A DNA stretch of 62,558 nucleotides, filler included. It is 4 parts of 4 records of this genome, joined end to end, with 100 filler letters (N's around TTAATTAATTAA, not from the genome) between each part and the next. Parts side by side here need not be neighbours in the genome. Positions count along the whole stretch, not along the records: positions 1 to 27,836 come from SRR20825010_1336; positions 27,937 to 32,342 come from SRR20825010_1342; 2 more parts are not named here. The stretch is one strand, 5' to 3'. Both the position numbers and the translations under genes were made by a program. The notes under the pieces are model-generated. The model saw only the letters and a list, made by a program, of their open reading frames with translations, was not told where the DNA came from and made no database searches. Below, piece after piece: positions 19,301 through 27,937 of the stretch; the first letter of the stretch is position 1, and every line of letters starts with the position of its first letter.

Positions 19301-19526
19301 CCCCGCCCTGGCAACCGCTGGACGCCGGATGCCCGATGACAGACGCTTGCATTCAAAACCTAAACACCTTGGCCGGCATGCTCTCTGCGCAAAAGGCATT
19401 ACCCGATTGTTGCCTGAATGATGACTCTGATACCCCTCGAAGGAGAGGCCGCAATAACGACAACCTCTCAGGCTATGGGGTTTTACGTCAGGCATCCGGC
19501 GTCTAGCGTTTGGCAAAGTGCCGGGG
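19301..19526. ncRNA. Candidate structured ncRNA or MITE-like element
   Basis: Arms 19310-19336 and 19488-19514 are 23/27 complementary and enclose internal hairpins; no credible ORF. Confidence 0.4.
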
Positions 19527-19640
19527 ATTCGCGATAAATCCATCAAACGGCGAAAAGCGAGTCATTCACTCTAATCCGCGAAGAACCTTTTCTAGCGCAC
19601 GGTTTTATTTGCAGGAGCCATGCTTGCATGGCGAAGGGTT

Positions 19641-19748
19641 CAGTCACGAGTCACGAGTCACGAGTTTCGAGGAGCGAAGTGCAGAACCGGAAGCCCTCTC
19701 TTCGGATCCTGGGTTTTGCTTTTCGCAACTCGTCACTCGTATCTCGAT
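19641..19748. repeat. Heptad-periodic imperfect palindromic element (family B, copy 2)
   Basis: (TCACGAG)x3 TTTCGAG ... CTCGTCA CTCGTAT CTCG; homologous to 13599-13683. Confidence 0.7.
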
Positions 19749-19778
19749 ACCGTTTCCGCGCCAGGGCCGCTTAGCGAA

Positions 19779-20897
19779 TCAACTGAGCCTTTCCACCAGC
19801 CAGACTCCGGCCAGTATCATGATGGCTACTGACCCCACCGGCACAAAGACGCGCTTGTACAGCGCCGTATCCCGCGCCAGATAAGCCAGCGGCACAAACA
19901 GCAGCACGATGGCGATCTGCCCCAGTTCCACACCGATATTGAAGCCCAGCAGCGGCAACACTATGCCGTCGCCCATCAGCCCGAGATCCGCAAGCACTGA
20001 CGCAAACCCCAGCCCGTGCACCAGGCCGAAGACGAAGGCCATGATCCAGCGTTTCGGAAACAGCCCCGGCAGCAGATTGGCGGCGGCGCCGAGCGCCACG
20101 GTGAGGGCGATGGCGGATTCCACCAGCCAGGCGGGCAGGGTAATGATGCCCAGCGTGGCCAGCGCCAGCGTCAGCGAATGGGTGACGGTAAAGGCGGTGA
20201 CGATGGCCAGGGTCTGGGTCAGGGCACCACGCATGGTGGGTGCCGACTGCCAGCCACCCCGTTGCCAGACCAGCACGGCGGGAAACAGCAGGGTGAGCAG
20301 GAACAGGATGTGGTCGTAGCCAATCAGGATGTGGTGGATGCCCTGATGCACAAACCCCTGAAAGGCCTGCCATTGCCCGGCGCCACTGCTATCGAGCTGG
20401 TGGCGACGTTGCTTGTCGCTGAATGTCACCGCCAGTTCGACGCCGTCGTGGTTCGATCTGAGCAAGCCGTGGTGACTGGGGTCCCGGTCGAACAGGAAGC
20501 GGTAATGAACACCCAGCTGTGCCGGTGCAGTGGGGCACGTGCCCTGAAAATGCAGGGCGGCGTAGGTGCCGTCCACATGGTCATTGGCCTGCAAACCGGT
20601 GAGCGTGAGCGGGCAGGGTTGGGCCGTTTCGCCTTGCCCTGTCTGCACGGTGAGCATGGGCAAAATTTGCTGCGCCAGTTCCGGTTGGCGGTTACGCAGC
20701 TCCCCCCAGGTGATGTTGCCATCGTTGTTGCTGTCCAGGTCGGTCACCAGTTGCAGGTCGCGCAGGGCAATATCCCAGCGGCCGGTAATGTGTGGACTGC
20801 TGGCGGTGCTGTTCAGGGTCAGGTAGCTGTCGCTGGGTTTATGGGCAAACGCCGGGGCGCAGGCGAGAAGCAGCATCAGTATCAGGCAATGCTTCAT
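19779..20897 (-). CDS. HupE/UreJ-family membrane protein with N-terminal periplasmic domain
   Basis: Signal peptide ending AFA-H; HILIGYDHILF, FTVTHSLTL, FGLVHGLGF, GFNIGVELGQ. Confidence 0.88.
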   Translation of the reverse strand: MKHCLILMLLLACAPAFAHKPSDSYLTLNSTASSPHITGRWDIALRDLQLVTDLDSNNDGNITWGELRNRQPELAQQILPMLTVQTGQGETAQPCPLTLTGLQANDHVDGTYAALHFQGTCPTAPAQLGVHYRFLFDRDPSHHGLLRSNHDGVELAVTFSDKQRRHQLDSSGAGQWQAFQGFVHQGIHHILIGYDHILFLLTLLFPAVLVWQRGGWQSAPTMRGALTQTLAIVTAFTVTHSLTLALATLGIITLPAWLVESAIALTVALGAAANLLPGLFPKRWIMAFVFGLVHGLGFASVLADLGLMGDGIVLPLLGFNIGVELGQIAIVLLFVPLAYLARDTALYKRVFVPVGSVAIMILAGVWLVERLS

Positions 20898-22072
20898 GGT
20901 TGGGCCTCCGGCCAGTGCGCTTGGAGGGCGGCGTCATGAACGCCGTGGGTGTCGATGAAATCCCGTGCGGTGGCCCGGGCAGCATCGTTGTCGGCGGCGG
21001 TGGCCGCCGCGAGCAACAGGCGCAGGTCGGTGAGCTCCTTTTGCTGCTGCCAGTTGTCCCGGGCCACGGTAAGGGCCTCGGTGGGCGACGGGACGACCTG
21101 CAGCAGGTAGCGGGCATGTTCACGTTGATGCACGGTGCGGCCAGCGAGTTCCGCTGCGTCCAGCCGTTGTTGATAGGCGTGTTGCCACTGCTCTGCCTGC
21201 GGATGCTGGCTTCTCTTGCCGGCAATGGCCAGGCGCAGCAGGGCATTGTCCCGGTCCTGCCAGTTTTTCAGATCCGCAATCACGGCGTCGGAGTGACCGT
21301 GCTGTAACCACAGGTCGTTTTGCAGGTAGCGCAAATAGGCATCCTGTGGGGCGAGCGCCAGGGCGGCATCCAGGGCCTGTTGCGCCCGTTCCGGTTCGCC
21401 CTGCTGAATGGCCATTTCGGCAATGAGGGTCTGCAACCAGACGCTCTGGGTGGTGTCGCTAATCAGTGGGCTATCGGCCAGCGACTGCAGGGTGGCGTAG
21501 GCGCGCTGATGTTGGTCTGTCATGGCCTGCACACTGGCCTGGCATAACACCACCGTCGTCGGTGGCAGGCTGTTGGCCGCGTTGCCACAGGCTTGCCGGG
21601 CGGCATCGAACTGGCCCTGAACCCGCTCGATGTTGGCCAGCATCAGCCAGCCCTGGCCCTGGTTGGGGTGCTGTTCCAGCAATTCCGTCAGGCGGGTTCG
21701 GGCCCGGGTGAACTGGTGGCGTTGTTGCTCGATGTCTGCCCACAGCAGGCTCACTGCCGGGGAGGGCGGCTGTGAAAACGGCCTCAGGGTGCGTTGTGCA
21801 TAGCCGAGAAAACGCGGGTCGCCCTGCTGGCGACCGTAATCAATCTGGGCGCGGGCCAGACGCAGTGCATCGACCTCGTTTTGTGGTGGGCTGGCGGGTG
21901 TCAGTGCCCGTTGCGAGTCCGACAAGGTGGCCAGCACCGTGTTGTCATTGTCCGGGGTGTAGGGGGCTGCCCGGGTCGTGCTGACCAGTAGCCCCCCGCA
22001 GAGAATCAACAGTAAGGCCGCCGGAAACCGGCGGCCTGTTTGGGGGTTAGTCCAGGACACTGTTATAGGCAT
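20894..22072 (-). CDS. Secreted TPR-repeat protein
   Basis: Signal-like N-terminus; helical TPR pattern; GDPRFLGYAQ motif; 4-nt overlap with the HupE gene. Confidence 0.8.
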   Translation of the reverse strand: MPITVSWTNPQTGRRFPAALLLILCGGLLVSTTRAAPYTPDNDNTVLATLSDSQRALTPASPPQNEVDALRLARAQIDYGRQQGDPRFLGYAQRTLRPFSQPPSPAVSLLWADIEQQRHQFTRARTRLTELLEQHPNQGQGWLMLANIERVQGQFDAARQACGNAANSLPPTTVVLCQASVQAMTDQHQRAYATLQSLADSPLISDTTQSVWLQTLIAEMAIQQGEPERAQQALDAALALAPQDAYLRYLQNDLWLQHGHSDAVIADLKNWQDRDNALLRLAIAGKRSQHPQAEQWQHAYQQRLDAAELAGRTVHQREHARYLLQVVPSPTEALTVARDNWQQQKELTDLRLLLAAATAADNDAARATARDFIDTHGVHDAALQAHWPEAQP

Positions 22073-22286
22073 CCTCGTTGCTGTTGGTCTGATTCCGGAA
22101 GCGCAGGTTGTTTACGCTAACCGGGTCGGTGGTGTCACTGGTGGTGGCCAGCTGGGTTTTCACAAAAGCCGTGTAGTCCACCGTGGCTTGTGCCCGGGGC
22201 GGTGGCGGGTCGTTGTCATCGTCACCCCCGCAGGCCACAAGCCCGAGGGTGGCCAGTGAAACCGTGGTTGCCAGTAATAAACGCAT
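22047..22286 (-). CDS. Small lipoprotein (79 aa)
   Basis: RBS AGGAGGA, lipobox LVAC followed by GGDDDND; sits in the operon. Confidence 0.8.
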   Translation of the reverse strand: MRLLLATTVSLATLGLVACGGDDDNDPPPPRAQATVDYTAFVKTQLATTSDTTDPVSVNNLRFRNQTNSNEDAYNSVLD

Positions 22287-22311
22287 GATGTCCTCCTGTA
22301 ATGGGGCGCGG

Positions 22312-23832
22312 TTACGGCGCGGCGGCCACGTTGTCGGCACCGGGCAGCGGCGTGTTCAGGTACGGAAAGGTAGTCAGGTAGGCAGCTGGATCGGGCAGGG
22401 CGCCGTCATTGACGATGGCACCACCGTTGACCTGACTGTCCTGGGTGCCGCAATTACCGATTTCACCACCGGGATCGGCGCCGTTCACATCCGCTCCGCA
22501 GAGGAAGCCTTCGACGGCGGTGAGGGCGATATCCACCACGTCATCCACCGGGCGACGACCGTTGGGGAAGCCGGCAAAGTCACCCCCGGCAACACCGAGG
22601 TCCACCTGGGCACCGGCGGCGGTGGCCGGGATGCCGGTATTCAGGCGCAGCATTTCACTGGGGGTTACGGTGGGTAGCTGGGTGACACCGGGGACACCGG
22701 TGAGGAACACAGTGACCAGATCGTTACGCGGGGTTTCCGGCGCCGGCACGCTGAACAGCACATTCACCAAAGCTGGCAGGCTTGGGTTGGTCACATAGGT
22801 GGCGAACTGGCCATCATCTTTCGGTTCACTGGCGTTGAAACGGTCTTTGTCGGGCAGGCCGATGACCACTTCGTTCACCAGGGGTGAGCCGAGACGTGAT
22901 ACCTGGGTATAGGCGCCGCCTTTCACGGCCGGGCCTTTGGCATCGGTGCTTGCGGTGGTGCTGGAGCCCTGCGGCGCCGGGTTGATGACGCTGGCCTGAC
23001 GAACGCTGGCGGTGGTCCAGCCACCGACAACGGTGTTGTCGCCGGTCAGGCAGTCCGCCGGGACTTCCAGAGCCAGGCTGGTGACGTTTTTGTCGTCAAG
23101 AATGTTGTTGCGCGAATCCCGGGCGCCCAGTGGGTCGAGCGCTACCAGATCAAACACTTCACCCAGGTTCACCACAAAGCCTTCCTGGCGTTGGCCAACG
23201 AACACTTTGCCGGGCATGGGGCAGTCGGGGAGCGTGACATCGTAGATAAAGTTATCGGCATAGGTGGCGTAATCAGCGATGGACTTGGTGCCGATGTTGT
23301 CTACTGGTTTGGCAAAGGTGTCCTCGCCACTGCCGGCGTTGGTGATGCTCTGTACATTGCCGGTGCGGCGATCGCCGGTGATCATTTTGACGGTGTAACT
23401 TTCCAGCACGTTCTGGGCGCTGGTGTCGTTGGCGGTGATGGCGCCGATGTTGATCAGCGGTACCGGCACGTCAGTGCCGCCCACATTGACCGTGGCGTTT
23501 TTGCGTTCTGTATTGAATTGAAACTGGAAGGTGATGTCTTCCATGGCGTTGCCGTCATTATCGATATGGATTTCGTAAATGGCGTCATCGTCCAGGGAAA
23601 AATAATTGGGACCGCCATAGGCATCCTGCAGGGGCAGGTAGTTGGCGATCAGGGTCACATATCCGTCACGGCCGGACTCATAGCTGTTGAACATATAGAA
23701 GTCCGTGCCATCGACTTTGGGCATGCCGGTGATGAACGGGGCCTCGCGGTGGCTGGATGCCAGCGCAGTGCTGCTGGCCAGCAGTGCGGCGGCGGTACAG
23801 ACCGCGGGTAAGAGAACAGGGCGGCGTAACAT
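22312..23832 (-). CDS. DUF4331 family secreted protein
   Basis: Signal peptide then SSHREAP; DGTDFYMF, QVSRLGSPLVNEV, GFPNGRRPVDDVVDI, FPYL; RBS AAGGAG. Confidence 0.9.
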   Translation of the reverse strand: MLRRPVLLPAVCTAAALLASSTALASSHREAPFITGMPKVDGTDFYMFNSYESGRDGYVTLIANYLPLQDAYGGPNYFSLDDDAIYEIHIDNDGNAMEDITFQFQFNTERKNATVNVGGTDVPVPLINIGAITANDTSAQNVLESYTVKMITGDRRTGNVQSITNAGSGEDTFAKPVDNIGTKSIADYATYADNFIYDVTLPDCPMPGKVFVGQRQEGFVVNLGEVFDLVALDPLGARDSRNNILDDKNVTSLALEVPADCLTGDNTVVGGWTTASVRQASVINPAPQGSSTTASTDAKGPAVKGGAYTQVSRLGSPLVNEVVIGLPDKDRFNASEPKDDGQFATYVTNPSLPALVNVLFSVPAPETPRNDLVTVFLTGVPGVTQLPTVTPSEMLRLNTGIPATAAGAQVDLGVAGGDFAGFPNGRRPVDDVVDIALTAVEGFLCGADVNGADPGGEIGNCGTQDSQVNGGAIVNDGALPDPAAYLTTFPYLNTPLPGADNVAAAP

Positions 23833-23863
23833 ACGAACACTCCTTTTATTTATGTCTCTACGG

Positions 23864-23890
23864 TACGCAGCAGGTCGCCTGCCGGATGCA
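23864..23890 (-). promoter_or_regulatory. ECF promoter driving the DUF4331 operon
   Basis: Minus strand reads TGCATCC-GGCAGGCGACCTGCTG(16)-CGTA. Confidence 0.8.
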
Positions 23891-23911
23891 AAAAAATATT
23901 TTGTTTTTTTC

Positions 23912-23938
23912 TGCATCCGTTATGCGGTTTTTCACGTA
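23912..23938 (+). promoter_or_regulatory. ECF autoregulatory promoter driving the sigma/anti-sigma genes
   Basis: TGCATCC-GTTATGCGGTTTTTCA(16)-CGTA. Confidence 0.8.
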
Positions 23939-24000
23939 TTACTAACAGGTAAGCTGTCATTAAAGAGGTCTACTCAACGGCACGTCCGGAGAACCTCGTT

Positions 24001-24546
24001 ATGGCAGCAAAGGAAGGCATGCTGGTGGATCAGCTGGCAAAAGTGGCGCAGGGCGATCGCGCTGCCTTTGCGGGGCTGTATCAACAAACCAGTCGTGCGG
24101 TGTACGGACAGTGCATGCAATTGTTGCGTGATAATGACGAGGCCAATGACGTGCTGCAGGAAACCTATATTCAGGTGTGGCATCACGCCGGTGAATACCA
24201 TGCGGACCGGGGATCGGTACTGACCTGGATGATGTCGATCTGTCGGTACCGGGGGCTGGATGCATTGCGCCGCCGGCGTACCGATGTGGCGTTCGATACG
24301 GTGGCCCAGAACCATGCCTGCGAGAAACCCGGGCCCATGCAGAATGCAGGCGACATGGTGGATCGGCAGCGCTTGAGTGATTGTTTACGCGATCTGGATG
24401 AGCGTTATCGAAACAGTATCGAGATGGCCTATTTTCGAGGCTTCACCCATCAGGAACTGGCTGTTGCCATGGGGCAGCCTCTGGGGACCACGAAAAGCTG
24501 GGTGCGCCGTGGGCTCAATGTCTTGCGTCAGTGCCTGGGTTCATGA
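24001..24546 (+). CDS. ECF sigma factor (SigK/RpoT-like)
   Basis: GDRAAFAGLY, DVLQETYIQVW, AYFRGFTHQELA, PLGTTKSWVRRGL. Confidence 0.92.
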   Translation: MAAKEGMLVDQLAKVAQGDRAAFAGLYQQTSRAVYGQCMQLLRDNDEANDVLQETYIQVWHHAGEYHADRGSVLTWMMSICRYRGLDALRRRRTDVAFDTVAQNHACEKPGPMQNAGDMVDRQRLSDCLRDLDERYRNSIEMAYFRGFTHQELAVAMGQPLGTTKSWVRRGLNVLRQCLGS

Positions 24547-25253
24547 AGCCGGATAACCCTGAACGTAACCATGCGCTGGCGGCGGAATATGTGCTGGGCA
24601 CCCTGCACGGCGCGGCGCGAAAACGTTTCGAACGCTGGATGATGCTGTCGCCCAAATTGCGTCGGCAGGTGTGGCTGTGGGAGCGGCGTTTGCAACCGTT
24701 CAATGAGTCTGCGCCCAGCATGCAGCCGCCGGCCGATGCCTGGGGTGCGCTGGAGCGCCGGTTGTTTTCCGCGCCAGAGACGGCGCCCGGGCCCCGGGCC
24801 GCCGCCTGGTGGCAGTCGGCGTTGCCCTGGCGCTGGACCACAGGCATTGCCGTGGCGGGGTTGATGGCGTTATTGATCTGGACGCCGGTGCCGCCGAAAG
24901 CCCCGGAGAATGGATTGGTGGGCGTGGTGCAGGGAACACAGGCACAACCATTGTGGGTGTTGAACGCCTCCCGGGGAGACCACAGTCTCACATTGCGTTC
25001 ATTGCCGCCCACGTTGCCGGCAAGTGATGGTCAGGATTATGAGTTGTGGTTGTTGCCAGAATCCGGGGTGCCGATCTCGTTATCGGTATTGCCGACCGAG
25101 GGGGCAGAGTTGCGGATTACGCTGAGTCATGAGCAGGTGAAACAATTGCTGCAATCCCGTTCCCTTGCGATCAGCCTGGAGCCCCATGGCGGTTCGCCGA
25201 CGGGGCAGCCCACCGGGCCGGTGGTGTATCAGACCCAGCTTGTGGATTTATAG
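24543..25253 (+). CDS. Anti-sigma-K factor RskA-family protein
   Basis: LAAEYVLGTL, single TM segment, DYELW, LAISLEPHGGSPTGQPTGPVV; ATGA overlap with the sigma gene. Confidence 0.9.
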   Translation: MKPDNPERNHALAAEYVLGTLHGAARKRFERWMMLSPKLRRQVWLWERRLQPFNESAPSMQPPADAWGALERRLFSAPETAPGPRAAAWWQSALPWRWTTGIAVAGLMALLIWTPVPPKAPENGLVGVVQGTQAQPLWVLNASRGDHSLTLRSLPPTLPASDGQDYELWLLPESGVPISLSVLPTEGAELRITLSHEQVKQLLQSRSLAISLEPHGGSPTGQPTGPVVYQTQLVDL

Positions 25254-25294
25254 CAGGGCAGGCTAGCCGGGTGCTGGCCTGCGTTGATGCGGCG

Positions 25295-27211
25295 TCAGCT
25301 GCCGAGTTCGCTTTCGGCGATTTCCAGCGCTTCCATGGCGTCCAGTAGCTCCCCTTCCAGCGCGTCGTGCTGTTTCTTCAGGCGAGCCTGATCCCCCAGC
25401 AGACCGTTCATTTCGTCCTTGCGGTTTGGGTCGGTGTACAGCGCGTCATCGCCCAGCCCATCTTCCACTGTGGCCAGTGTGTCACTGCATTGGGCCAGTT
25501 GTTTTTCCAGGGTTTCCACCTGCTTTTTCAACGGCCGTAACTGCTGGCGTTGTTGGGCGGCTTGCTGGCGGCGGGCCTTGGCGTCCTGGCCATCGCTGGC
25601 TTTCTCTTCTTTCACCGGTTTGCCGTCGCGGCGGTTTTGTTGCAACCAGCGGGCGTAGTCGTCCAGGTCGCCATCGAAATGGCTGACGCCGCCGTTGGCC
25701 ACCAGGAAAAAATCGTCCACGGTGGTTTCCAGCAGGTGGCGATCGTGGGAGACCATCACCACCGCCCCTTCGAAGGCTTGCAGGGCCAGGGTCAGCGCTT
25801 CGCGCATGTCCAGGTCCAGGTGGTTGGCGGGCTCATCCAGCAGTAGCAAGGCGGGTTTTTGCTGGACGATCATGGCCAGCGCCAGGCGGGCTTTTTCGCC
25901 GCCGGAAAAACGCCCGATGGGGGCGAATACATCATTCCCCTGAAAGCCGAAGCGGCCCAGTTCGCTGCGCAATTGTGATTCGCTCCATTGCGGGTAGAAC
26001 CGGGACAGCATCTGGTAGGGGGTGTCGTTGGCGTCCAGGCGATCCACCTGTTGCTGGTGGAAGTAACCGATTTTCAGATCATCGTTTTTTTCAAAGTGAC
26101 CGCCCAGCGCGGGAAGCTCGCCCACCAGGGTACGTACCAGGGTGGACTTGCCCGCGCCATTGGGGCCGAGCAGGCCGATGCGGGTTTCCGGACGCAGGCT
26201 CAGGTTCACCTGGTCGAGGATCACCGTATCAACGCCGTTATTGCGATAGCCGCATTGCACCGCGTCCAGGTTCTCCATGGGGTTGGGCAGTTTTTCCGGG
26301 CTGTGAAAATCAAAACTGAAGCCGGAATCCACATGGGCGGGCGCAATCAGTTCCAGTTTTTCCAGTGCTTTTACCCGGCTCTGGGCCTGCTTGGCCTTGC
26401 TGGCTTTTGCCTTGAAGCGGGTAATGAATTTTTGCAGGTGGGCGACCTGGGTTTGCTGCTTGTCATGCATCTTCTGCTGCAGGGCCAGCTTTTCGGCGCG
26501 CTCGCGTTCGAAATCGGAGTAGCCGCCGGTGTACTGCTTCAGGCTGTTGTGTTCGATGTGCAGAATCTGGGTGACGATGGCATCCAGAAACGCCCGGTCG
26601 TGGGAGATCACCAACAGCGCTCCGGGCTGCTGAATCAAATAACTTTGCAGCCAGAGAATGGCATCCAGATCCAGGTGGTTGGTGGGCTCATCGAGAAGCA
26701 ACAGGTCCGCGTCGCTCATCAGCACCTGGGCCAGGTTCAGACGCATGCGCCAGCCGCCGGAAAAACTGGAGACGGGCTGTTGTTGTTGGGCTTCGCTAAA
26801 GCCCAGGCCGGCCAGCAGGATGGCGGCGTTGGCCGGTTGTTGCCAGGCGTGCAGGGCGTCCAGCTCGCCGTGGGTCAGGGCAATGGCGTGGTTGTCGCCG
26901 GCCTGTTCAGCGGCCGCCAGTTTACGCTCGGCGGCGCGCAGGGCGTGGTGGCCGTCCAGCACATAATCGATGGCGGGTTGTTCCAGCGCGGGGACTTCCT
27001 GGGCCATCATGGCCAGGCGCCAGTCGGCAGGCAGGTTGAGGTTGCCGCCGTCGCTCTCCAGCTCGCCCATGATAAGCTTGAACAGCGAGCTCTTGCCGCT
27101 GCCATTACGGCCCACCAGACCTACGCGCCAGCCCTTGTGCAGCACCAGGTTGGCATCTTCCAGCAGCAGGTCGGGGCCGCGGCGAAGGTTGATATGTTCG
27201 AGAGACAGCAT
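25295..27211 (-). CDS. yheS: ABC-F family ATPase (YheS-like)
   Basis: Two ABC domains (GRNGSGKS, FSGGWRMR; GPNGAGKS, FSGGEKAR), no TM segments; real start MLSLEHINL. Confidence 0.9.
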   Translation of the reverse strand: MLSLEHINLRRGPDLLLEDANLVLHKGWRVGLVGRNGSGKSSLFKLIMGELESDGGNLNLPADWRLAMMAQEVPALEQPAIDYVLDGHHALRAAERKLAAAEQAGDNHAIALTHGELDALHAWQQPANAAILLAGLGFSEAQQQQPVSSFSGGWRMRLNLAQVLMSDADLLLLDEPTNHLDLDAILWLQSYLIQQPGALLVISHDRAFLDAIVTQILHIEHNSLKQYTGGYSDFERERAEKLALQQKMHDKQQTQVAHLQKFITRFKAKASKAKQAQSRVKALEKLELIAPAHVDSGFSFDFHSPEKLPNPMENLDAVQCGYRNNGVDTVILDQVNLSLRPETRIGLLGPNGAGKSTLVRTLVGELPALGGHFEKNDDLKIGYFHQQQVDRLDANDTPYQMLSRFYPQWSESQLRSELGRFGFQGNDVFAPIGRFSGGEKARLALAMIVQQKPALLLLDEPANHLDLDMREALTLALQAFEGAVVMVSHDRHLLETTVDDFFLVANGGVSHFDGDLDDYARWLQQNRRDGKPVKEEKASDGQDAKARRQQAAQQRQQLRPLKKQVETLEKQLAQCSDTLATVEDGLGDDALYTDPNRKDEMNGLLGDQARLKKQHDALEGELLDAMEALEIAESELGS

Positions 27212-27327
27212 GGTGAGCCTATTTTCAAGACAGTGGCCTGCGTGCCGTGACAGACGTGCAGGAAACCGGCGCAGTGTAAGCGATGGCCTGTTCAAGCACC
27301 AACCTGCCCGGGGAGGTGAACCAGGGG

Positions 27328-27798
27328 ATGCCCGTGAATGATGAGATGAAAGCGGATCTGTGGCGTTTTGCGCTGGGGCGCTGGCAGGACAAGCGGTTCG
27401 AGCAAGCCTGCCTGCATCTGCAGGACGATTATCAGGTGCCGGTATCGCTACTGCTGTGCGGCTTGTGGCTGGCGGCGTCGGGCAAGCAGCCGGATGCCCG
27501 GACGGGTCGACGGTTGGCGGAGCTGGCGGAGCCGTTCGAAGCGGATTATCTGCGCCCCCTGCGCCAGGTACGCCGCAAGGCCGCACAGGATGAGCGCTTG
27601 CCCGAGTTCAAACGCCAACTCCAACAGGTAGAGCTGGAGGGCGAGCGCTGGTTGCTGACTACCCTGCCTTCCTTGTGCGAGAACTTGTTGCCGGCCGGCA
27701 AGCCGGTGGACCCGATGGGTTGGTTGTTGGTGTTGGTCCCGGAAACGGCGCAGTGTGAAGGGTTGCAGAAATCGCTCAATGATCTGGTTGCGCTTTAG
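27328..27798 (+). CDS. TIGR02444/DUF2390 family protein
   Basis: LWRFAL, ACLHLQD, PLRQVRR, ELEGER; usual divergent neighbour of yheS. Start uncertain. Confidence 0.8.
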   Translation: MPVNDEMKADLWRFALGRWQDKRFEQACLHLQDDYQVPVSLLLCGLWLAASGKQPDARTGRRLAELAEPFEADYLRPLRQVRRKAAQDERLPEFKRQLQQVELEGERWLLTTLPSLCENLLPAGKPVDPMGWLLVLVPETAQCEGLQKSLNDLVAL

Positions 27799-27817
27799 GC
27801 ATTGCGACGAAGCCGCT

Positions 27818-27836
27818 GTAGGAGTACCTCTTGAGG
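27818..27836 (+). repeat. GTAG-type REP-like palindrome (copy 3, cut by contig end)
   Basis: GTAGGAGTACCTCTTGAGG is 18/19 identical to 4575-4593. Confidence 0.65.
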
Positions 27837-27936
27837 NNNNNNNNNNNNNNNNNNNNNNNNNNNNNNNNNNNNNNNNNNNNTTAATTAATTAANNNNNNNN
27901 NNNNNNNNNNNNNNNNNNNNNNNNNNNNNNNNNNNN
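27837..27936. other. Artificial contig spacer
   Basis: N44-TTAATTAATTAA-N44, six-frame stop linker. Confidence 0.99.
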
Positions 27937-27937
27937 C

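Noticed and set aside
19301-19526. Retron msr-msd (a1/a2 inverted repeats) or riboswitch
   Set aside because: No reverse transcriptase is adjacent, no downstream gene is positioned for cis control, and no riboswitch consensus was recognised; kept only as a generic structured element.
27212-27586. 125-aa N-terminal extension of the ABC-F ORF
   Set aside because: Low-complexity sequence overlapping the divergent TIGR02444 gene; homology starts at MLSLEHINL (27211).
27881-27892. TTAATTAATTAA palindromes as biological sites
   Set aside because: Identical synthetic linkers centred in N runs.
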